Source: Holophagaceae bacterium
GTDB taxonomy: Bacteria; Acidobacteriota; Holophagae; Holophagales; Holophagaceae
NCBI GenBank assembly: GCA_016710635.1
Contig: JADJVL010000001.1
Location: 176,236 to 240,235 of the forward strand
DNA length: 64,000 nucleotides
Reading direction: 5' to 3'
The notes under the pieces were generated by a model. That model worked only from the letters and a program-made list of their open reading frames with translations, searched no databases and was not told the DNA's origin. This document shows, piece after piece, positions 1 to 10,927 of the stretch; the first letter of the stretch is position 1; each line of letters opens with the position of its first letter. Made by a program: the position numbers and the translations under genes.

Positions 1-173
1 GAGGCGAGGGTGATGCCCTTCGCGTCGTCAACGGCCTGCACATAGATGCGCTTGAGCGACTTGAACACCGTGAGGCGCGGACGCTCGGCGGTGCCGTCGA
101 CCCGGCCGCGGATGCGGGCCTTGGTCTTGTCGCGGCGCTCGGTCTTCTTCTTGAGTTCGATCGACGTAGCCAT
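1..173 (-). CDS. rplR: 50S ribosomal protein L18, N-terminal part only (gene runs off the window start)
   Basis: Reverse translation from the ATG at 173..171 gives [57 protein letters not shown], an L18-type N-terminus. It lies directly downstream of rplF, as in spc operons. It is not in the ORF track because it is truncated. Confidence 0.9.
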   Translation of the reverse strand, partial: MATSIELKKKTERRDKTKARIRGRVDGTAERPRLTVFKSLKRIYVQAVDDAKGITLA

Positions 174-182
174 GTGTCCCCC

Positions 183-719
183 TTACTTGCCGGTCTTGCC
201 GGCCTTGCGCCGGATGACTTCGCCGGTGTACATGACGCCCTTGCCCTTGTAAGGCTCGGGCTTGCGGAACTTGCGGATGTCGGCGGCGACCTGGCCCACC
301 AGCTGGCGGTCCGAGCCGGTCACGACGATGTGGGTCTGCTTCTCCACCGCGATGCTGATGCCGGCGGGGGCTTCGTACATGATCGGGTGGCTGTAGCCGA
401 GGTCGAGGCGGAGCTTGGCGCCATCCATGGCCGCCTTGTAGCCCACGCCGACCATGTCCAGTTCCTTCTTCCAGCCATCCGTCACGCCGGTGACGGCGTT
501 CTGGATCAGGGCGCGGGTCAGGCCGTGGTAGGCACGGCTCTGGGCCTCTTCGTTCGCGCGGGCGAGGATGACGGAGTCGGCCTGGATGTCGAGGGTGATC
601 ACGGTCGGGATCGGGCAGCTGAGCTTGCCCTTGGCGCCTTCGACGACGGCCTCAGCTCCGTTGACGCTGACTTTCACGCCCTTCGGCAGCGTCACGGGCT
701 TTTTTCCAATTCGAGACAT
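183..719 (-). CDS. rplF: 50S ribosomal protein L6
   Basis: 178-aa ORF starting MSRIGKKPVTLPKGVKV, L6 family, in the spc-operon position between rpsH and rplR. Confidence 0.97.
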   Translation of the reverse strand: MSRIGKKPVTLPKGVKVSVNGAEAVVEGAKGKLSCPIPTVITLDIQADSVILARANEEAQSRAYHGLTRALIQNAVTGVTDGWKKELDMVGVGYKAAMDGAKLRLDLGYSHPIMYEAPAGISIAVEKQTHIVVTGSDRQLVGQVAADIRKFRKPEPYKGKGVMYTGEVIRRKAGKTGK

Positions 720-809
720 TTTGGAATCCTTGGTTTGGAGGTTTGGAATAACGCGCGGCCCGAGTGTGGATGGGGTTTCCGGCGTCCTACCAGGAGAAGT
801 GGGGTTCGG

Positions 810-1205
810 CTACCAGACGTGGGCGAGAACCTCGCCGCCCAGGTTCTGCTTCTTGGCATCCTTGCCGGTGAGCAGGCCCTTGGGGGTGGTGAGGATCGCG
901 ATGCCCAGGCCGCCGTGGACCTCCGGGATGTCCCGGACGCCGACGTAGGTGCGCAGGCCGGGGCGGGAGACACGGCGCAGGCCGTGGATCACGTTGCCGC
1001 CGCCCTTGACGTACTTGAGGTTGATGATGATGTAGTTGCGGTCCTCGTGCTCCACGGCCTTGAAGGAGTGGATGTAGCCCTCCTGCTGCAGGATGGAGGA
1101 GAGGCGCTCCTTCAGCTTGCTGGCGGGAATGACGACTGCATCGTGCCCGGCCATGATGCCGTTGCGGATGCGCGTGAGGTAATCGGCGATCGGATCGGTG
1201 TTCAT
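810..1205 (-). CDS. rpsH: 30S ribosomal protein S8
   Basis: 131-aa ORF starting MNTDPIADYLTRIRNG and ending LGGEVLAHVW, a typical S8. Confidence 0.97.
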   Translation of the reverse strand: MNTDPIADYLTRIRNGIMAGHDAVVIPASKLKERLSSILQQEGYIHSFKAVEHEDRNYIIINLKYVKGGGNVIHGLRRVSRPGLRTYVGVRDIPEVHGGLGIAILTTPKGLLTGKDAKKQNLGGEVLAHVW

Positions 1206-1217
1206 GTCGATTCCTCC

Positions 1218-1403
1218 TTACCAGCTGGACTTCTGGACGCCCGGAAGCTCGCCCTGGAGGGCGTGCTTGCGGAAGCAGAGTCGGCAGAGTTCGAATTTGC
1301 GCATGAAGCCGCGGGGACGCCCGCAGGACTTGCAGCGGTTCCGGTGCTGGGTGCTGAACTTCGGCTTCTGACTGTCTTTGTACATCTTCGCGTTGCGAGC
1401 CAT
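1218..1403 (-). CDS. rpsN: 30S ribosomal protein S14, short zinc-binding type Z
   Basis: 61-aa ORF with CKSCGRPRG...CRLCFR (two CxxC pairs) ending in W, located between rplE and rpsH. Confidence 0.95.
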   Translation of the reverse strand: MARNAKMYKDSQKPKFSTQHRNRCKSCGRPRGFMRKFELCRLCFRKHALQGELPGVQKSSW

Positions 1404-1415
1404 GGTTCCTCCGAG

Positions 1416-1961
1416 CTACTTGCGGAAGGGCATGCCGAGGTGGCCCAGCAGGGCCTTCGCTTCGGCATCAGTGGGGGCGGACGTGACGAAAGTGACGTTC
1501 ATGCCCTTGAGCTTGTCCACCTTCGAGTAGTCGATTTCCTGGAAGATCACCTGGTCCTTGAGGCCCAGCGTGTAGTTGCCGCGACCGTCGAAGGACCGGG
1601 TCGGCACGCCGCGGAAGTCGCGGACTCGCGGCAGGCTCAGGGTCACCAGGCGGTCGAAGAACTCCCACATGCGGGTGCCCCGCAGGGTCACCATGCAGGC
1701 GATGGGCATCCCCTCGCGCAACTTGAACTGGGCGACGCTCTTCTTCGCCTTGCGCACGATGGCCTTCTGGCCCGTGATGGCGGTGAGCTCCTCGACGGCG
1801 GTGTCCAGGATCTTGATGTTCTGGATGGCGTCGCCGACGCCCATGTTGATGACGATCTTCTCAAGCCGGGGCACCTGCATCGCAGATGTGTAGCCGAAGT
1901 CCTGCTTGAGGGCGGGCACCACCTTGGTGGTGTAGTGAGCCTTGAAACGAGGCTCGTTCAT
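1416..1961 (-). CDS. rplE: 50S ribosomal protein L5
   Basis: 181-aa ORF with [22 protein letters not shown] lies upstream of the ATG. Confidence 0.97.
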   Translation of the reverse strand: MNEPRFKAHYTTKVVPALKQDFGYTSAMQVPRLEKIVINMGVGDAIQNIKILDTAVEELTAITGQKAIVRKAKKSVAQFKLREGMPIACMVTLRGTRMWEFFDRLVTLSLPRVRDFRGVPTRSFDGRGNYTLGLKDQVIFQEIDYSKVDKLKGMNVTFVTSAPTDAEAKALLGHLGMPFRK

Positions 1962-2159
1962 GGTTCCTCCATTTCCGTAGGGGGCAGCGAGCGCCCACCG
2001 TGACCCTGGAAGGGGGAGGTGGACATCAGCGCTTCCGGCGCGTGGGCCGGGAAGCCCTAGGGGTTCGGGAGTGCGGAGGGGGCTTGGGCGGTCCCGTTTC
2101 CCCTCGGCCTCTGGTTGTCAGAAAGCCCGCACGGCGATCCCAGGTGGGAGCCGGCGGAA

Positions 2160-2187
2160 AGGCCATTCTCCCACGGAGAATGGCCTC
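2160..2187 (-). terminator. Stem-loop just downstream of rplX (possible internal terminator or attenuator of the spc-type operon)
   Basis: aggccattctcc-cacg-ggagaatggcct forms a perfect 12-bp stem with a 4-nt loop. On the minus strand it is followed by only a short UUUCC. It lies in an unusually long rplX-rplE spacer. Confidence 0.35.
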
Positions 2188-2202
2188 TTGAAAGCGGAAA
2201 GA

Positions 2203-2475
2203 TCAGGCCGAACGCTTGCGGGAGGGCTTGCCGCCCGCATTGAAGGCCACATTGGAGGCGTGGATCGGGGCTTCCTTGGCGATGATCCCGCCCTCTTCCC
2301 CGGTCTGGGGATTCGGCTTGACCGCGCGCTTGACGAGGTTGACCCCGGTCACGAGGACCCGGTTGGTGGTGGGGCTCACCTTGGCGATGGTCCCAACCTT
2401 GCCCTTGTCCTTGCCGGCGATGACGATGACTTCATCGCCCTTCTTGAACTTCATCTTGGTGGTCGTCGTTTCCAT
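2203..2475 (-). CDS. rplX: 50S ribosomal protein L24
   Basis: The ORF contains [24 protein letters not shown] (KOW motif). I start it at the ATG at 2475, which shares one base with the rplN stop (TGATG). The track ORF begins one codon earlier at a TTG. Confidence 0.93.
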   Translation of the reverse strand: METTTTKMKFKKGDEVIVIAGKDKGKVGTIAKVSPTTNRVLVTGVNLVKRAVKPNPQTGEEGGIIAKEAPIHASNVAFNAGGKPSRKRSA

Positions 2476-2843
2476 CAAATCACCTCAGGGGCGAGCGAGA
2501 CGATCTTCATGTACTTGCGCTCGCGGAGTTCGCGGGCCACGGGTCCGAAGACGCGGGTGCCCACGGGTTCGCCGTCCTTCTTGATGATGACGGCGGCGTT
2601 CTCGTCGAAGCGGATGTAGGACCCGTCCTTGCGACGGAAGGCCTTGCGCTGGCGCACGATCACCGCCTGCACCACAGCCTTCTTCTTCACCGTGCCGCCG
2701 GGGATGGCTTCCTTGACGGAGGCGGTGATGACGTCGCCCAACTGGGCGGTCTTGCCGACACCGCCGCCCAGGGGCAGGATGCAGCAGATCTTCTTGGCGC
2801 CGGAATTATCGGCGACCGTGAGCATGGAACCCATCTGGATCAT
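2475..2843 (-). CDS. rplN: 50S ribosomal protein L14
   Basis: 122-aa ORF starting [18 protein letters not shown], a typical L14. Confidence 0.97.
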   Translation of the reverse strand: MIQMGSMLTVADNSGAKKICCILPLGGGVGKTAQLGDVITASVKEAIPGGTVKKKAVVQAVIVRQRKAFRRKDGSYIRFDENAAVIIKKDGEPVGTRVFGPVARELRERKYMKIVSLAPEVI

Positions 2844-2852
2844 GTCGGCTCC

Positions 2853-3110
2853 TTACTCGCCAGCTTTCTGGACGATCTCAAGGACCGCCCAGCGCTTGCG
2901 CTTGGACATCGGACGGGCCTCAACGATTTTCACCACATCGCCCACGGAGCAGGCGTTGGTTTCGTCGTGGGCCATGAACTTCTTCGACTGCTTCACGGTG
3001 CGGCTATAGAGCGGGTGCTGGAACTTGCGCTCCACCTTCACGACCACCGTCTTGTCGGCGGCGCTGGACACCACGATGCCGCTGCGGACCATCTTCTTAT
3101 CTAGGCTCAT
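2853..3110 (-). CDS. rpsQ: 30S ribosomal protein S17
   Basis: 85-aa ORF with GIVVSSAADKTVVVKVERKFQHPLY, S17 family. Confidence 0.95.
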   Translation of the reverse strand: MSLDKKMVRSGIVVSSAADKTVVVKVERKFQHPLYSRTVKQSKKFMAHDETNACSVGDVVKIVEARPMSKRKRWAVLEIVQKAGE

Positions 3111-3120
3111 GGGCGGCTCC

Positions 3121-3342
3121 TCACTTCCCGGCCAGCTTCTGGCTCAGGGCGGACTTCACCCGGGCCAGTTCGCGGCGCGTCTTGCGGATTTCGGCGGTGT
3201 TTTCCACCTGGCCCACGGCGTGCTGGAAGCGAAGGGTGAAGCGCTTCGCGGCCAACTCGGCTTCGAGCTGGGCCAGCTCATCCACGCCTTTGGTGGTGAG
3301 GGTGCTGAAAGGGTTCTTTTTGCTCATCGTCGTCTCCCTCAT
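3121..3342 (-). CDS. rpmC: 50S ribosomal protein L29
   Basis: 73-aa ORF in the L29 position with a helical [19 protein letters not shown] segment. The ATG at 3342 overlaps the rplP stop (ATGA). An alternative ATG at 3327 has a GGGAG upstream. Confidence 0.9.
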   Translation of the reverse strand: MRETTMSKKNPFSTLTTKGVDELAQLEAELAAKRFTLRFQHAVGQVENTAEIRKTRRELARVKSALSQKLAGK

Positions 3343-3758
3343 TCCTCAGGCGGCGTGCGGGTGATGAATTCGGAAGCCACGGAAAGCTTCATCTGCGCCA
3401 GGCGCAGGGCTTCACGGGCGGTTGTCTCGTCCACGCCTTCCATCTCGAAGAGGATGCGGCCGGGGCGGATCACCGCCACCCAGCCGTCCGGCGCGCCCTT
3501 GCCGCTGCCCATGCGGGTTTCCGCGGGCTTCGACGTGGTGGGGCGGTCGGGGAAGATGCGGATCCAGATCTTGCCGCCGCGCTTGATGTGGCGGGTCATC
3601 GCGATACGGGCGGCCTCGATCTGGCGGTTGGTCAGCCAGCAGTGCTCCATCGCCTTGAGCCCGAAGTCGCCGAAGGCGAGCTCGTGGCCACGGGTGGCGA
3701 CGCCCTTGGTGCGGCCCTTCTGGACTTTGCGGTTCTTGACCTTCTTTGGCATCAACAT
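3339..3758 (-). CDS. rplP: 50S ribosomal protein L16
   Basis: 139-aa ORF starting [17 protein letters not shown]16 family. Confidence 0.97.
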   Translation of the reverse strand: MLMPKKVKNRKVQKGRTKGVATRGHELAFGDFGLKAMEHCWLTNRQIEAARIAMTRHIKRGGKIWIRIFPDRPTTSKPAETRMGSGKGAPDGWVAVIRPGRILFEMEGVDETTAREALRLAQMKLSVASEFITRTPPEE

Positions 3759-3767
3759 GGGGTCACC

Positions 3768-4415
3768 TCACCGCTTCGTGGTTTCAATGACGGCCTCGCC
3801 GAGGTTCACCCAAACCTTGACCCCGATGATTCCGTAGGTGGTTTTGGCTTCGGCAAATCCGTAGTCCACGTTGGCGCGGATGGTCTGCAGCGGCATCTGG
3901 CCGCTGAGGTAGTCTTCCGTGCGGGCGATCTCGGCGCCGTTCAGGCGGCCGGAAACCTTGATCTTGAAGCCCTTGGCGCCGAAGCGGATCGCGGCTTCCT
4001 CCGCCTTGCGCATGGCGCGGCGGAAGGCGATGCGGCGCTCGAGCTGCTGGGCGACGCCTTCGGCGACGAGCTGGGCGTCGATCTCAGGCTTCTTGATCTC
4101 CTGGATGTCGACGGCCACGGGGCGCTTGAGCTTCTTCTGGAGGTCCTCGCGCAGCTTGTCGATCTCGGCGCCCTTGCGGCCGATCACGATGCCCGGGCGG
4201 GCGGTGAAGATGCGGATGGTGACCTTGTCGGCCGCGCGCTCGATGTCGATCTTGCTGATCATCGCGTTCAGGGCGTGGAGCTGGGCCTTGAGCTCCTTGC
4301 GGAGCTTCAGGTCCTCATGGAGCAGGGTCGCGTACTCGCGCTTGCTGAACCACTTGCTCTTCCAGGCCTTCGTGTAGACGACGCGGAATCCGTAGGGATG
4401 AACTTTCTGGCCCAT
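3768..4415 (-). CDS. rpsC: 30S ribosomal protein S3
   Basis: The conserved S3 N-terminus [14 protein letters not shown] begins at the ATG at 4415..4413. The track ORF (to 4688) has a 91-codon Arg/Pro-rich extension that overlaps rplV and is not credible. Confidence 0.95.
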   Translation of the reverse strand: MGQKVHPYGFRVVYTKAWKSKWFSKREYATLLHEDLKLRKELKAQLHALNAMISKIDIERAADKVTIRIFTARPGIVIGRKGAEIDKLREDLQKKLKRPVAVDIQEIKKPEIDAQLVAEGVAQQLERRIAFRRAMRKAEEAAIRFGAKGFKIKVSGRLNGAEIARTEDYLSGQMPLQTIRANVDYGFAEAKTTYGIIGVKVWVNLGEAVIETTKR

Positions 4416-4417
4416 GG

Positions 4418-4801
4418 TTACTCCTCCCCGCCAGCGGCGCCGTCGACACTGGGGGCGTCGGCCAGCTGCAGGGTGATGTGGCAGGTGCGCTTCTGGGTCC
4501 GGTAGGCGCGGCCCATGGGTGCGGGGCGGACGCGCTTCATGCGGAATCCCTCGTCCACGAAGGCGGTGCGGACCACCAGGCCATCGGGATCGACGGACGG
4601 ATTCTTGTCCATGGCGTTGGCCACGGCGGAATCCAGGAGCTTGCGGATGGGCTCGGCGGCGTACTTCTTGGTGGAGGCCAGGATCCACTGGGCATCGGCG
4701 ATCTTCTTGCCGCGGATCAGGTCGACCACGAGGCGCGCCTTCTGGGCGCTACCGCGGAGGTGTCGGATGGTTGCGCTGGAAACGATTTCAGCCATGGTCA
4801 C
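4418..4801 (-). CDS. rplV: 50S ribosomal protein L22
   Basis: 127-aa ORF with [20 protein letters not shown]22 family. It overlaps the rpsS stop by 4 nt. Confidence 0.95.
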   Translation of the reverse strand: MTMAEIVSSATIRHLRGSAQKARLVVDLIRGKKIADAQWILASTKKYAAEPIRKLLDSAVANAMDKNPSVDPDGLVVRTAFVDEGFRMKRVRPAPMGRAYRTQKRTCHITLQLADAPSVDGAAGGEE

Positions 4802-5082
4802 TTCCCCTTGGCCTTGGCGTCGGACTTGCCGGCGTGGCCCTTGAAGGTGCGGGTCAGGCTGAATTCGCCCAGCTTGTGGCCCACCATGTTGTCGGTGACG
4901 TAGACGGGAATGAACTTGTTGCCGTTGTGGACGGCGAGGGTGAGTCCGATCATCTGCGGCACGACGGTCGAGCGGCGGGACCAGGTCTTGATCACGCGCT
5001 TGTCGTTGTTCTGCTGTGCCGTTTCCACCTTCTTGAGGAGGTGGCCATCGATGAACGGTCCTTTTTTAAGCGAACGCGCCAT
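4798..5082 (-). CDS. rpsS: 30S ribosomal protein S19
   Basis: 94-aa ORF starting [19 protein letters not shown], a typical S19. Confidence 0.97.
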   Translation of the reverse strand: MARSLKKGPFIDGHLLKKVETAQQNNDKRVIKTWSRRSTVVPQMIGLTLAVHNGNKFIPVYVTDNMVGHKLGEFSLTRTFKGHAGKSDAKAKGK

Positions 5083-5094
5083 TTTTGGGTCTCC

Positions 5095-5916
5095 TTAGTT
5101 GATGCGCTTGACGATGAACTTGTCGGTGCGCTGGTTCTTGCGCGTCTTGTAGCCGCGGGTCGGCTGGCCCCAGGGCGTCACGGGGTGACGGCCGCCGGAC
5201 GTGCGGCCTTCGCCGCCGCCGTGGGGATGGTCGACCGGGTTCATGACGACGCCGCGGACCGTCGGGCGGATGCCCATCCAGATCTTGCGGCCAGCCTTGC
5301 CCAGCTTCACGTTCTCGTGCTGCAGATTGCCCACCTTGCCGATGGTGCCCATGCAGTCGAGATGGATCTTCCGGATCTCGCCGGACTTCATGCGTACCTG
5401 GGCGTAGTCGCCGTCCTTGGCCACGAGCTGGGCGAAGGCGCCGGCGGCGCGGCAGAGCTGGCCGCCCTTGCCGGGCTTCAGCTCCAGGTTGTGGATCTCG
5501 TTGCCCACCGGGATGTTGCGAAGGGGCAGCGCATTGCCGACCAGGATGTCGGCGTCCTTCCCGCTCACCACCTTGCGGCCCACGGCCAGGCCGTCGGCGG
5601 CCAGGATGTAGCGCTTCTCGCCGTCAGCGTAGACGAGGAGGGCGATGCGGGCGGTGCGGTTGGGATCGTACTCGATGGTGGCGACGGTGGCGGGGATGCC
5701 GGCCTTGTCGCGCTTGAAGTCGATGATGCGGTACTGCTGCTTGTGCCCGCCGCCGATGTGGCGGGTCGTGATGCGGCCGGTGTTGGAGCGGCCGCCGGTG
5801 CGGTTCTTCTTGGCCAGCAGGGAGCGCTGGGGCTTGTCGGAGGTGATCTCCTCGAAGCCCTGCTTGGACATCCCGCGCTGACCGGGTGTGGTCGGCTTGA
5901 GCAGCTTGATGCTCAT
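5095..5916 (-). CDS. rplB: 50S ribosomal protein L2
   Basis: 273-aa ORF with [13 protein letters not shown] and [13 protein letters not shown] motifs. Confidence 0.98.
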   Translation of the reverse strand: MSIKLLKPTTPGQRGMSKQGFEEITSDKPQRSLLAKKNRTGGRSNTGRITTRHIGGGHKQQYRIIDFKRDKAGIPATVATIEYDPNRTARIALLVYADGEKRYILAADGLAVGRKVVSGKDADILVGNALPLRNIPVGNEIHNLELKPGKGGQLCRAAGAFAQLVAKDGDYAQVRMKSGEIRKIHLDCMGTIGKVGNLQHENVKLGKAGRKIWMGIRPTVRGVVMNPVDHPHGGGEGRTSGGRHPVTPWGQPTRGYKTRKNQRTDKFIVKRIN

Positions 5917-6041
5917 CTGGGTTCCTCTTGCCTCATGTTGACGCGGACGATAGGGGCATTCCCAATCGCTTGGGCTTGTCCGCCCGCGTATGTGGTGGAA
6001 GGGTGGTCAGTCCGGCCGATGCCGGACTCCTGCCCGTCCGG

Positions 6042-6338
6042 TTAGGCGTTCTCGGTGCCGGGAAGGGCCGCGAGCTGGCTTTCGCCGAGCTCGATGTAGG
6101 CCTTCTTCGACGCCGTGGTCGTGCCCATCCAGCGGCCCAGGCGCTTGGCCTTGGCCTTCACCTTGACGGTGCGGACGGACTTCACCTTGGCCTGGAGCAG
6201 GAGCTCCGCGGCCTCCTTGATCTGGTGCTTGGAGGCCCAGGGGGCCACCTCGAACACCTGGATGTTCTGCGTCTCGCGCAGGATCTGGCCCTTTTCCGTG
6301 AGGAGGGGCCGGCGGATCACTTCAAAGATCTTGGTCAT
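6042..6338 (-). CDS. rplW: 50S ribosomal protein L23
   Basis: 98-aa ORF with IRRPLLTEKG, in the S10-operon position. Confidence 0.95.
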   Translation of the reverse strand: MTKIFEVIRRPLLTEKGQILRETQNIQVFEVAPWASKHQIKEAAELLLQAKVKSVRTVKVKAKAKRLGRWMGTTTASKKAYIELGESQLAALPGTENA

Positions 6339-6970
6339 GGCTTCACCACTTCCTGGAGGGCCAGGATGGCGTCCTTCGAGAAGACCACCTGGTCATGCTT
6401 CAGCAGGTCGTACACGTTCACACCGAGGCTGGCGATGGCCATGACCTTGGGGTTGTTCCCGGCCGCCAACTCCATGTTGCGGGAGCCTTCGGCGCCGACG
6501 AGCAGGGCCGAGCCATTCACGCCCAGCTTGCTGAGGGTGCCGGCGAAGGCCTTGGTCTTGTGGGTGTCGATGTCCCAGTTGTCCACCACCATCAGCTGGC
6601 CAGAGGCGAGCTTGGAGGAGAGGGCGTTCCGGAGCGCCGAACGGCGGGCCTTCTTGGGGAAGGCGTAGTCGTAGGAGCGGGGATTGGGTCCGTGGACGAT
6701 GCCGCCGTGGCGCCAGAGCGGGCTGCGCACGGAGCCGACGCGGGCCCGGCCGGTGCCCTTCTGCTTCCAGAGCTTCTTGCCGGAGCCGGAGACTTCGGAC
6801 TTGTCCTTGGTCTTGGCGGTGCCGGCGCGGCGCTTCGCGAGGAAGTGGCGGACCGCCTCCCAGATGAGGTGGGTGTTGATCTCTTCGAGCTTGAAGACCT
6901 CGGGCAGCAGATCGACCGTGCCGGCCTGCTTGCCGTCGAGGTTGAGTACGGGATGCGGGAAGGTCGCCAT
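6335..6970 (-). CDS. rplD: 50S ribosomal protein L4
   Basis: 211-aa ORF with KQKGTGRARVGSVRSPLWRHGG. Confidence 0.97.
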   Translation of the reverse strand: MATFPHPVLNLDGKQAGTVDLLPEVFKLEEINTHLIWEAVRHFLAKRRAGTAKTKDKSEVSGSGKKLWKQKGTGRARVGSVRSPLWRHGGIVHGPNPRSYDYAFPKKARRSALRNALSSKLASGQLMVVDNWDIDTHKTKAFAGTLSKLGVNGSALLVGAEGSRNMELAAGNNPKVMAIASLGVNVYDLLKHDQVVFSKDAILALQEVVKP

Positions 6971-6971
6971 C

Positions 6972-7598
6972 TTAGGCCTCCTGCTTGATCACGACGTAGC
7001 CACCCTTGGGGCCGGGGACGGCACCCTTGATGAGCAGCAGGTTGTTCTCGAGATCCACCTTGGCGATCTCCAGGTTCCTGACGGTGACCTGTTCGTTGCC
7101 CATGTGCCCGCCCATCCGCATGCCGGGGAAGACACGGCTGGGATTCGAGGATCCGCCGATGGAGCCCGGGGCGCGGTGGAACATGGAGCCGTGGGTCGCG
7201 CGGCCGCCCTTGAAATGGTGGCGCTTCATGACGCCGGCGAAGCCCTTGCCCTTGCTCACGCCGATGACGTTCACCTTGGCCTTGGCGTCGAACTCGGCGG
7301 CGGTGACACTGTCGCCGGCCTTGCGCTCATCGCCCGCGTCCACGCGGAACTCGCGCATGACCCGCAGCGGCGCGACGCCGTGCTTCTCGGTGTGGCCCTT
7401 CTCGGGCTTGGAGGCGCGCTTGCCGCCGACGGGATCCACGAAGCCGATCTGAATGGCGTCGTAGCCCTCCTTGGCGGAGGTCTTGCGCTGGATGACCACG
7501 CAAGGCCCGGCCTGGATGACCGTCACGGGGACGACCTGTCCCTGCTCGTTGAAGATCTGGGTCATGCCCAGCTTCTTGCCGATGATTCCTTTGGACAT
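6972..7598 (-). CDS. rplC: 50S ribosomal protein L3
   Basis: 208-aa ORF starting [16 protein letters not shown]. Confidence 0.97.
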   Translation of the reverse strand: MSKGIIGKKLGMTQIFNEQGQVVPVTVIQAGPCVVIQRKTSAKEGYDAIQIGFVDPVGGKRASKPEKGHTEKHGVAPLRVMREFRVDAGDERKAGDSVTAAEFDAKAKVNVIGVSKGKGFAGVMKRHHFKGGRATHGSMFHRAPGSIGGSSNPSRVFPGMRMGGHMGNEQVTVRNLEIAKVDLENNLLLIKGAVPGPKGGYVVIKQEA

Positions 7599-7616
7599 TG
7601 TTTTCTCCCCCTTCCC

Positions 7617-7943
7617 TTACCTGTTGCCCTGACGGCTGAACACCTTGATCTCGACGTCGACGCCCGCGGGGAGGTCGAGGCGCATCAGGGTGTCCACCGT
7701 GTTCTGGGTGGGGTTGAGGATGTCGAGCAGCCGCTTGTGGGTGCGGATCTCGAACTGGTCCCGGCTCTTCTTGTCCACGTGCGGCGAGCGGTTCACCGTG
7801 TACTTGCTGATGCGCGTGGGCAGGGGAATGGGACCAGCCACCTGGGCCCCCGTGCGCTTGGCGGTGTCCACGATTTCGCGGGTGGACTGGTCCAGCAGAC
7901 GGTGGTCGAAGGCCCGGAGGCGGATACGGATGTTGTCTTTCAT
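7617..7943 (-). CDS. rpsJ: 30S ribosomal protein S10
   Basis: The conserved start [20 protein letters not shown] is at the ATG at 7943..7941. The 38-codon upstream extension in the track ORF is not S10-like. Confidence 0.95.
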   Translation of the reverse strand: MKDNIRIRLRAFDHRLLDQSTREIVDTAKRTGAQVAGPIPLPTRISKYTVNRSPHVDKKSRDQFEIRTHKRLLDILNPTQNTVDTLMRLDLPAGVDVEIKVFSRQGNR

Positions 7944-8215
7944 GCTCACTCCATTGGGACGGAAGACCGTCCATAGACGTGGGGCGCTGGCCGCCCAACC
8001 TGATTGGCACCCTCGCTTGAGGGCAGGAACCTCGTCCTCTCGCGAGGACAGGGCCATCCCCAGAGGGGACAGGGACTGACCAGCATATCAAAGACCGCCG
8101 GAAACTCAAATGGTTTTTTCAAGCCCGGCGGCCTGGGGGGAACCGCGCCCCGGGAGGCGCGGCGGACTTCATCAAGAGGCGGATGCCTCACCCCCGAAGG
8201 GGCTGTGAAAGCGGG

Positions 8216-10324
8216 TTACTTCGCGCCCTTGGCCTTGGCGATGATCTCCTCGGCCACGTTGCGGGGGGCTTCCTCGTAGTGCGAGAACTGCATGGTGTAG
8301 GAGGCCCGGCCCTGGGTCATGGACCGCAGGGTCGTGGAGTAGGCGAACATCTCCGCGAGGGGCACCTTGGCGGTGACGATCTTGGAGCCGCTGCGGTCTT
8401 CCATGTTCTCGATGCGGCCACGGCGGCTGTTCAGGTTGCCGATGACGTCGCCCATGTAGTCCTCGGGGGTCTCGACTTCCACCGCCATGATCGGCTCGAG
8501 GATCACGGGACCGGCCTTTTCGCAGCCTGACTTGAAGCCCATGGAGCCGGCGATCTTGAAGGCCATTTCGTTGGAGTCCACGTCGTGGTAACTGCCGTCG
8601 TAGATGGTGACCTTGACGTCCACCACCGGGTAGCCCGCCAGGACGCCGCTCTCCAGGGCCTCCTGGATGCCCTGGTCCGTGGGCTTGATGTATTCCTTGG
8701 GCACGGTGCCGCCCTTGATCTTGTCGATGAACTCGTAGCCCTTGCCGGGCTCGTTGGGCTCGACGATGAGCTTGACGTGGCCGTACTGGCCGCGGCCGCC
8801 GGACTGGCGGACGAACTTGCCCTCGGACTCGACCCGCTTGCGGATGGTCTCGCGGTAGGCGACCTGGGGCTTGCCCACGTTGGCCTCGACCTTGAACTCG
8901 CGCATCATGCGGTCGACGATGATCTCGAGGTGCAGCTCGCCCATGCCGGCGATGATGGTCTGGTTGGTCTCGGGATCGGTGTTGACCTTGAAGGTGGGGT
9001 CCTCCTGGGCCAGGCGGCCCAGGGCGATGCCCATCTTCTCCTGGTCGACCTTGGTCTTCGGCTCGATGGCCACCGTGATCACGGGGTCCGGGAAGTCCAT
9101 GGACTCGAGGATGACGGGGTGGTTCTCGTCGCAGATCGTCTGGCCCGTGAGCACGTCCTTGAGGCCCACCGCCGCGCCGATGTCGCCGGTGCGGACTTCG
9201 GTGATGTCCTCGCGCTTGTTGGCGTGCATCTGCAGGAGGCGGCCGATGCGCTCCTTGCGGCCCTTGGAGGCGTTGTAGACGCCGGAGCCGGCCTCGAGGA
9301 CGCCCGAATAGGCGCGAATGAAGGCCAGGGAGCCCACGAAGGGATCCGCCATGATCTTGAAGATCAGGGCGCTGAAGGGCTCGGTGTCGTCGGCGCGGCG
9401 CTCGACCTCGTTGCCGTCCATGTCCACGCCCTTGATGGCCGGGATGTCCAGGGGCGACGGCATGTAGGAGACCACCGCGTCGAGCATGGGCTGCACGCCC
9501 TTGTTCTTGAAGGCGGAGCCGCAGGTCATGGGCGTGAACTGGAGCGAGATGCAGCCCTTGCGGATGCCCTCGCGGATCTCGGCCTCGGTGAGGTCCTCGC
9601 CGCCGAGGTACTTCTCCATGAGGGTCTCGTCGGTCTCGGCCACCATCTCGATCATCTTCTCGCGCCACTCGTGGGCGGTCTCCACGAGGTCCGCGGGGAT
9701 CTCGCCGTACACCACCTTGAAGCCCTTGTCGCCTTCGTCGAAGGTCAGGCCCTTCATGAGGACGAGGTCCACCACACCCTTGAAGTGCTCCTCGGCGCCG
9801 ATGGGGATCTGGATCGGGCAGGGCTTCGCCTTCAGGCGGGTCTTCATCATCTCGATCACGCGGTAGAAGTCCGCGCCGGTGCGGTCCATCTTGTTCACGA
9901 AGGCCATGCGGGGCACGCCGTACTTGTCGGCCTGGCGCCACACGGTCTCGGACTGGGGCTGCACGCCGCCCACCGCGCAGAACACGGCGCATGCGCCGTC
10001 CAGCACGCGCAGGGAGCGCTCGACCTCGGCGGTGAAGTCCACGTGGCCGGGGGTGTCGATGATGTTGATGCGGTGCTCGATGTCCTTCTGCTGGCCCGTC
10101 TGAGGGGTCCAGACGGCCGTGATCGCCGCGGAGGTGATGGTGATGCCGCGTTCCTGCTCCTGCACCATCCAGTCGGTGGTCGCGGCGCCTTCGTGCACCT
10201 CGCCGATCTTGTGGATCTTGCCGGTGTAGTAGAGGATGCGCTCCGTGGTCGTCGTCTTGCCCGCGTCGATGTGGGCCATGATGCCGATGTTGCGGTAGCG
10301 ATCGAGGGGAGTCGTGCGGGCCAC
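8216..10324 (-). CDS. fusA: Elongation factor G
   Basis: 702-aa ORF with [20 protein letters not shown] (G1) and DTPGHVDF (G3), following rpsG as in str operons. Confidence 0.98.
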   Translation of the reverse strand: MARTTPLDRYRNIGIMAHIDAGKTTTTERILYYTGKIHKIGEVHEGAATTDWMVQEQERGITITSAAITAVWTPQTGQQKDIEHRINIIDTPGHVDFTAEVERSLRVLDGACAVFCAVGGVQPQSETVWRQADKYGVPRMAFVNKMDRTGADFYRVIEMMKTRLKAKPCPIQIPIGAEEHFKGVVDLVLMKGLTFDEGDKGFKVVYGEIPADLVETAHEWREKMIEMVAETDETLMEKYLGGEDLTEAEIREGIRKGCISLQFTPMTCGSAFKNKGVQPMLDAVVSYMPSPLDIPAIKGVDMDGNEVERRADDTEPFSALIFKIMADPFVGSLAFIRAYSGVLEAGSGVYNASKGRKERIGRLLQMHANKREDITEVRTGDIGAAVGLKDVLTGQTICDENHPVILESMDFPDPVITVAIEPKTKVDQEKMGIALGRLAQEDPTFKVNTDPETNQTIIAGMGELHLEIIVDRMMREFKVEANVGKPQVAYRETIRKRVESEGKFVRQSGGRGQYGHVKLIVEPNEPGKGYEFIDKIKGGTVPKEYIKPTDQGIQEALESGVLAGYPVVDVKVTIYDGSYHDVDSNEMAFKIAGSMGFKSGCEKAGPVILEPIMAVEVETPEDYMGDVIGNLNSRRGRIENMEDRSGSKIVTAKVPLAEMFAYSTTLRSMTQGRASYTMQFSHYEEAPRNVAEEIIAKAKGAK

Positions 10325-10442
10325 GGCGGCCTCCTGATGGTTCAGTGCAGGGTTCGGTTCGGAAAGATCGGCAATCGTGACGCGGGCCCGGATACCGCAA
10401 AGAGGGGCCGCGCCTGCGGCCCCTCTTTGATCCGGTGGGGGA

Positions 10443-10913
10443 TTACCAGCGGAAGTGGGCGAACGCCTTGTTGGCTTCGGCCATCTTGTGGACGTCGTCC
10501 TTCTTCTTGATGGCGGCGCCGCGGAAGTTCATGGCGTCGAGGATCTCGCCGGCCAGCTTGTCGCGCATGGTGCGCTCGCCGCGGGAGGCGGAGTAGGTCT
10601 TCAGCCAGCGCATGGCCAGCGAGACGCGGCGGTTCTGGGGAACCTCCACGGGCACCTGGTAGGTGGCGCCGCCGACGCGGCGGGACTTGACCTCGACGGA
10701 GGGCTTGATGTTCGTCAGGGCCTTGGTGAAGGCTTCGAGGGCTTCTTCGCCGCTCTTCTTGGCGACGATCTCGAGGGCGCCGTAGACGATGCGCTCGGCG
10801 GTGGCCTTCTTGCCGCGCTCCATGAGGATGTTCACGAACTTGGAGACGAGCAGGCTGTTGTAGACGGGATCCGGGAGGATCTCACGCTTGGGAGGAGTGG
10901 AACGGCGGGACAT
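10443..10913 (-). CDS. rpsG: 30S ribosomal protein S7
   Basis: 156-aa ORF starting [18 protein letters not shown] and ending AFAHFRW. Confidence 0.97.
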   Translation of the reverse strand: MSRRSTPPKREILPDPVYNSLLVSKFVNILMERGKKATAERIVYGALEIVAKKSGEEALEAFTKALTNIKPSVEVKSRRVGGATYQVPVEVPQNRRVSLAMRWLKTYSASRGERTMRDKLAGEILDAMNFRGAAIKKKDDVHKMAEANKAFAHFRW

Positions 10914-10927
10914 GGTTCACCTTCTCC

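Noticed and set aside
1958-2026. A 22-codon minus-strand ORF ([22 protein letters not shown]) whose TGA overlaps the rplE ATG, considered as a possible leader peptide.
   Set aside because: It has no SD, no distinctive codon content and no way to test conservation here. It is likely a chance ORF in a GC-rich spacer.
4416-4688. N-terminal extensions of track ORFs for rpsC (to 4688), rpsJ (to 8057), pnp (to 20350), rlmB (to 35601), glnN (to 39378), the YiiX-like gene (to 56330) and the small OMP (to 59505).
   Set aside because: The conserved family N-termini or signal peptides start at internal ATGs with SD-like sequences. The extensions overlap upstream genes or are Arg/Pro-rich.
8172-10400. 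A 742-aa minus-strand ORF in an alternate frame of fusA, rich in Arg/Pro/Gly/His.
   Set aside because: It is on the same strand as EF-G but out of frame with it, and the EF-G frame is unambiguous. The composition is typical of an off-frame high-GC translation.
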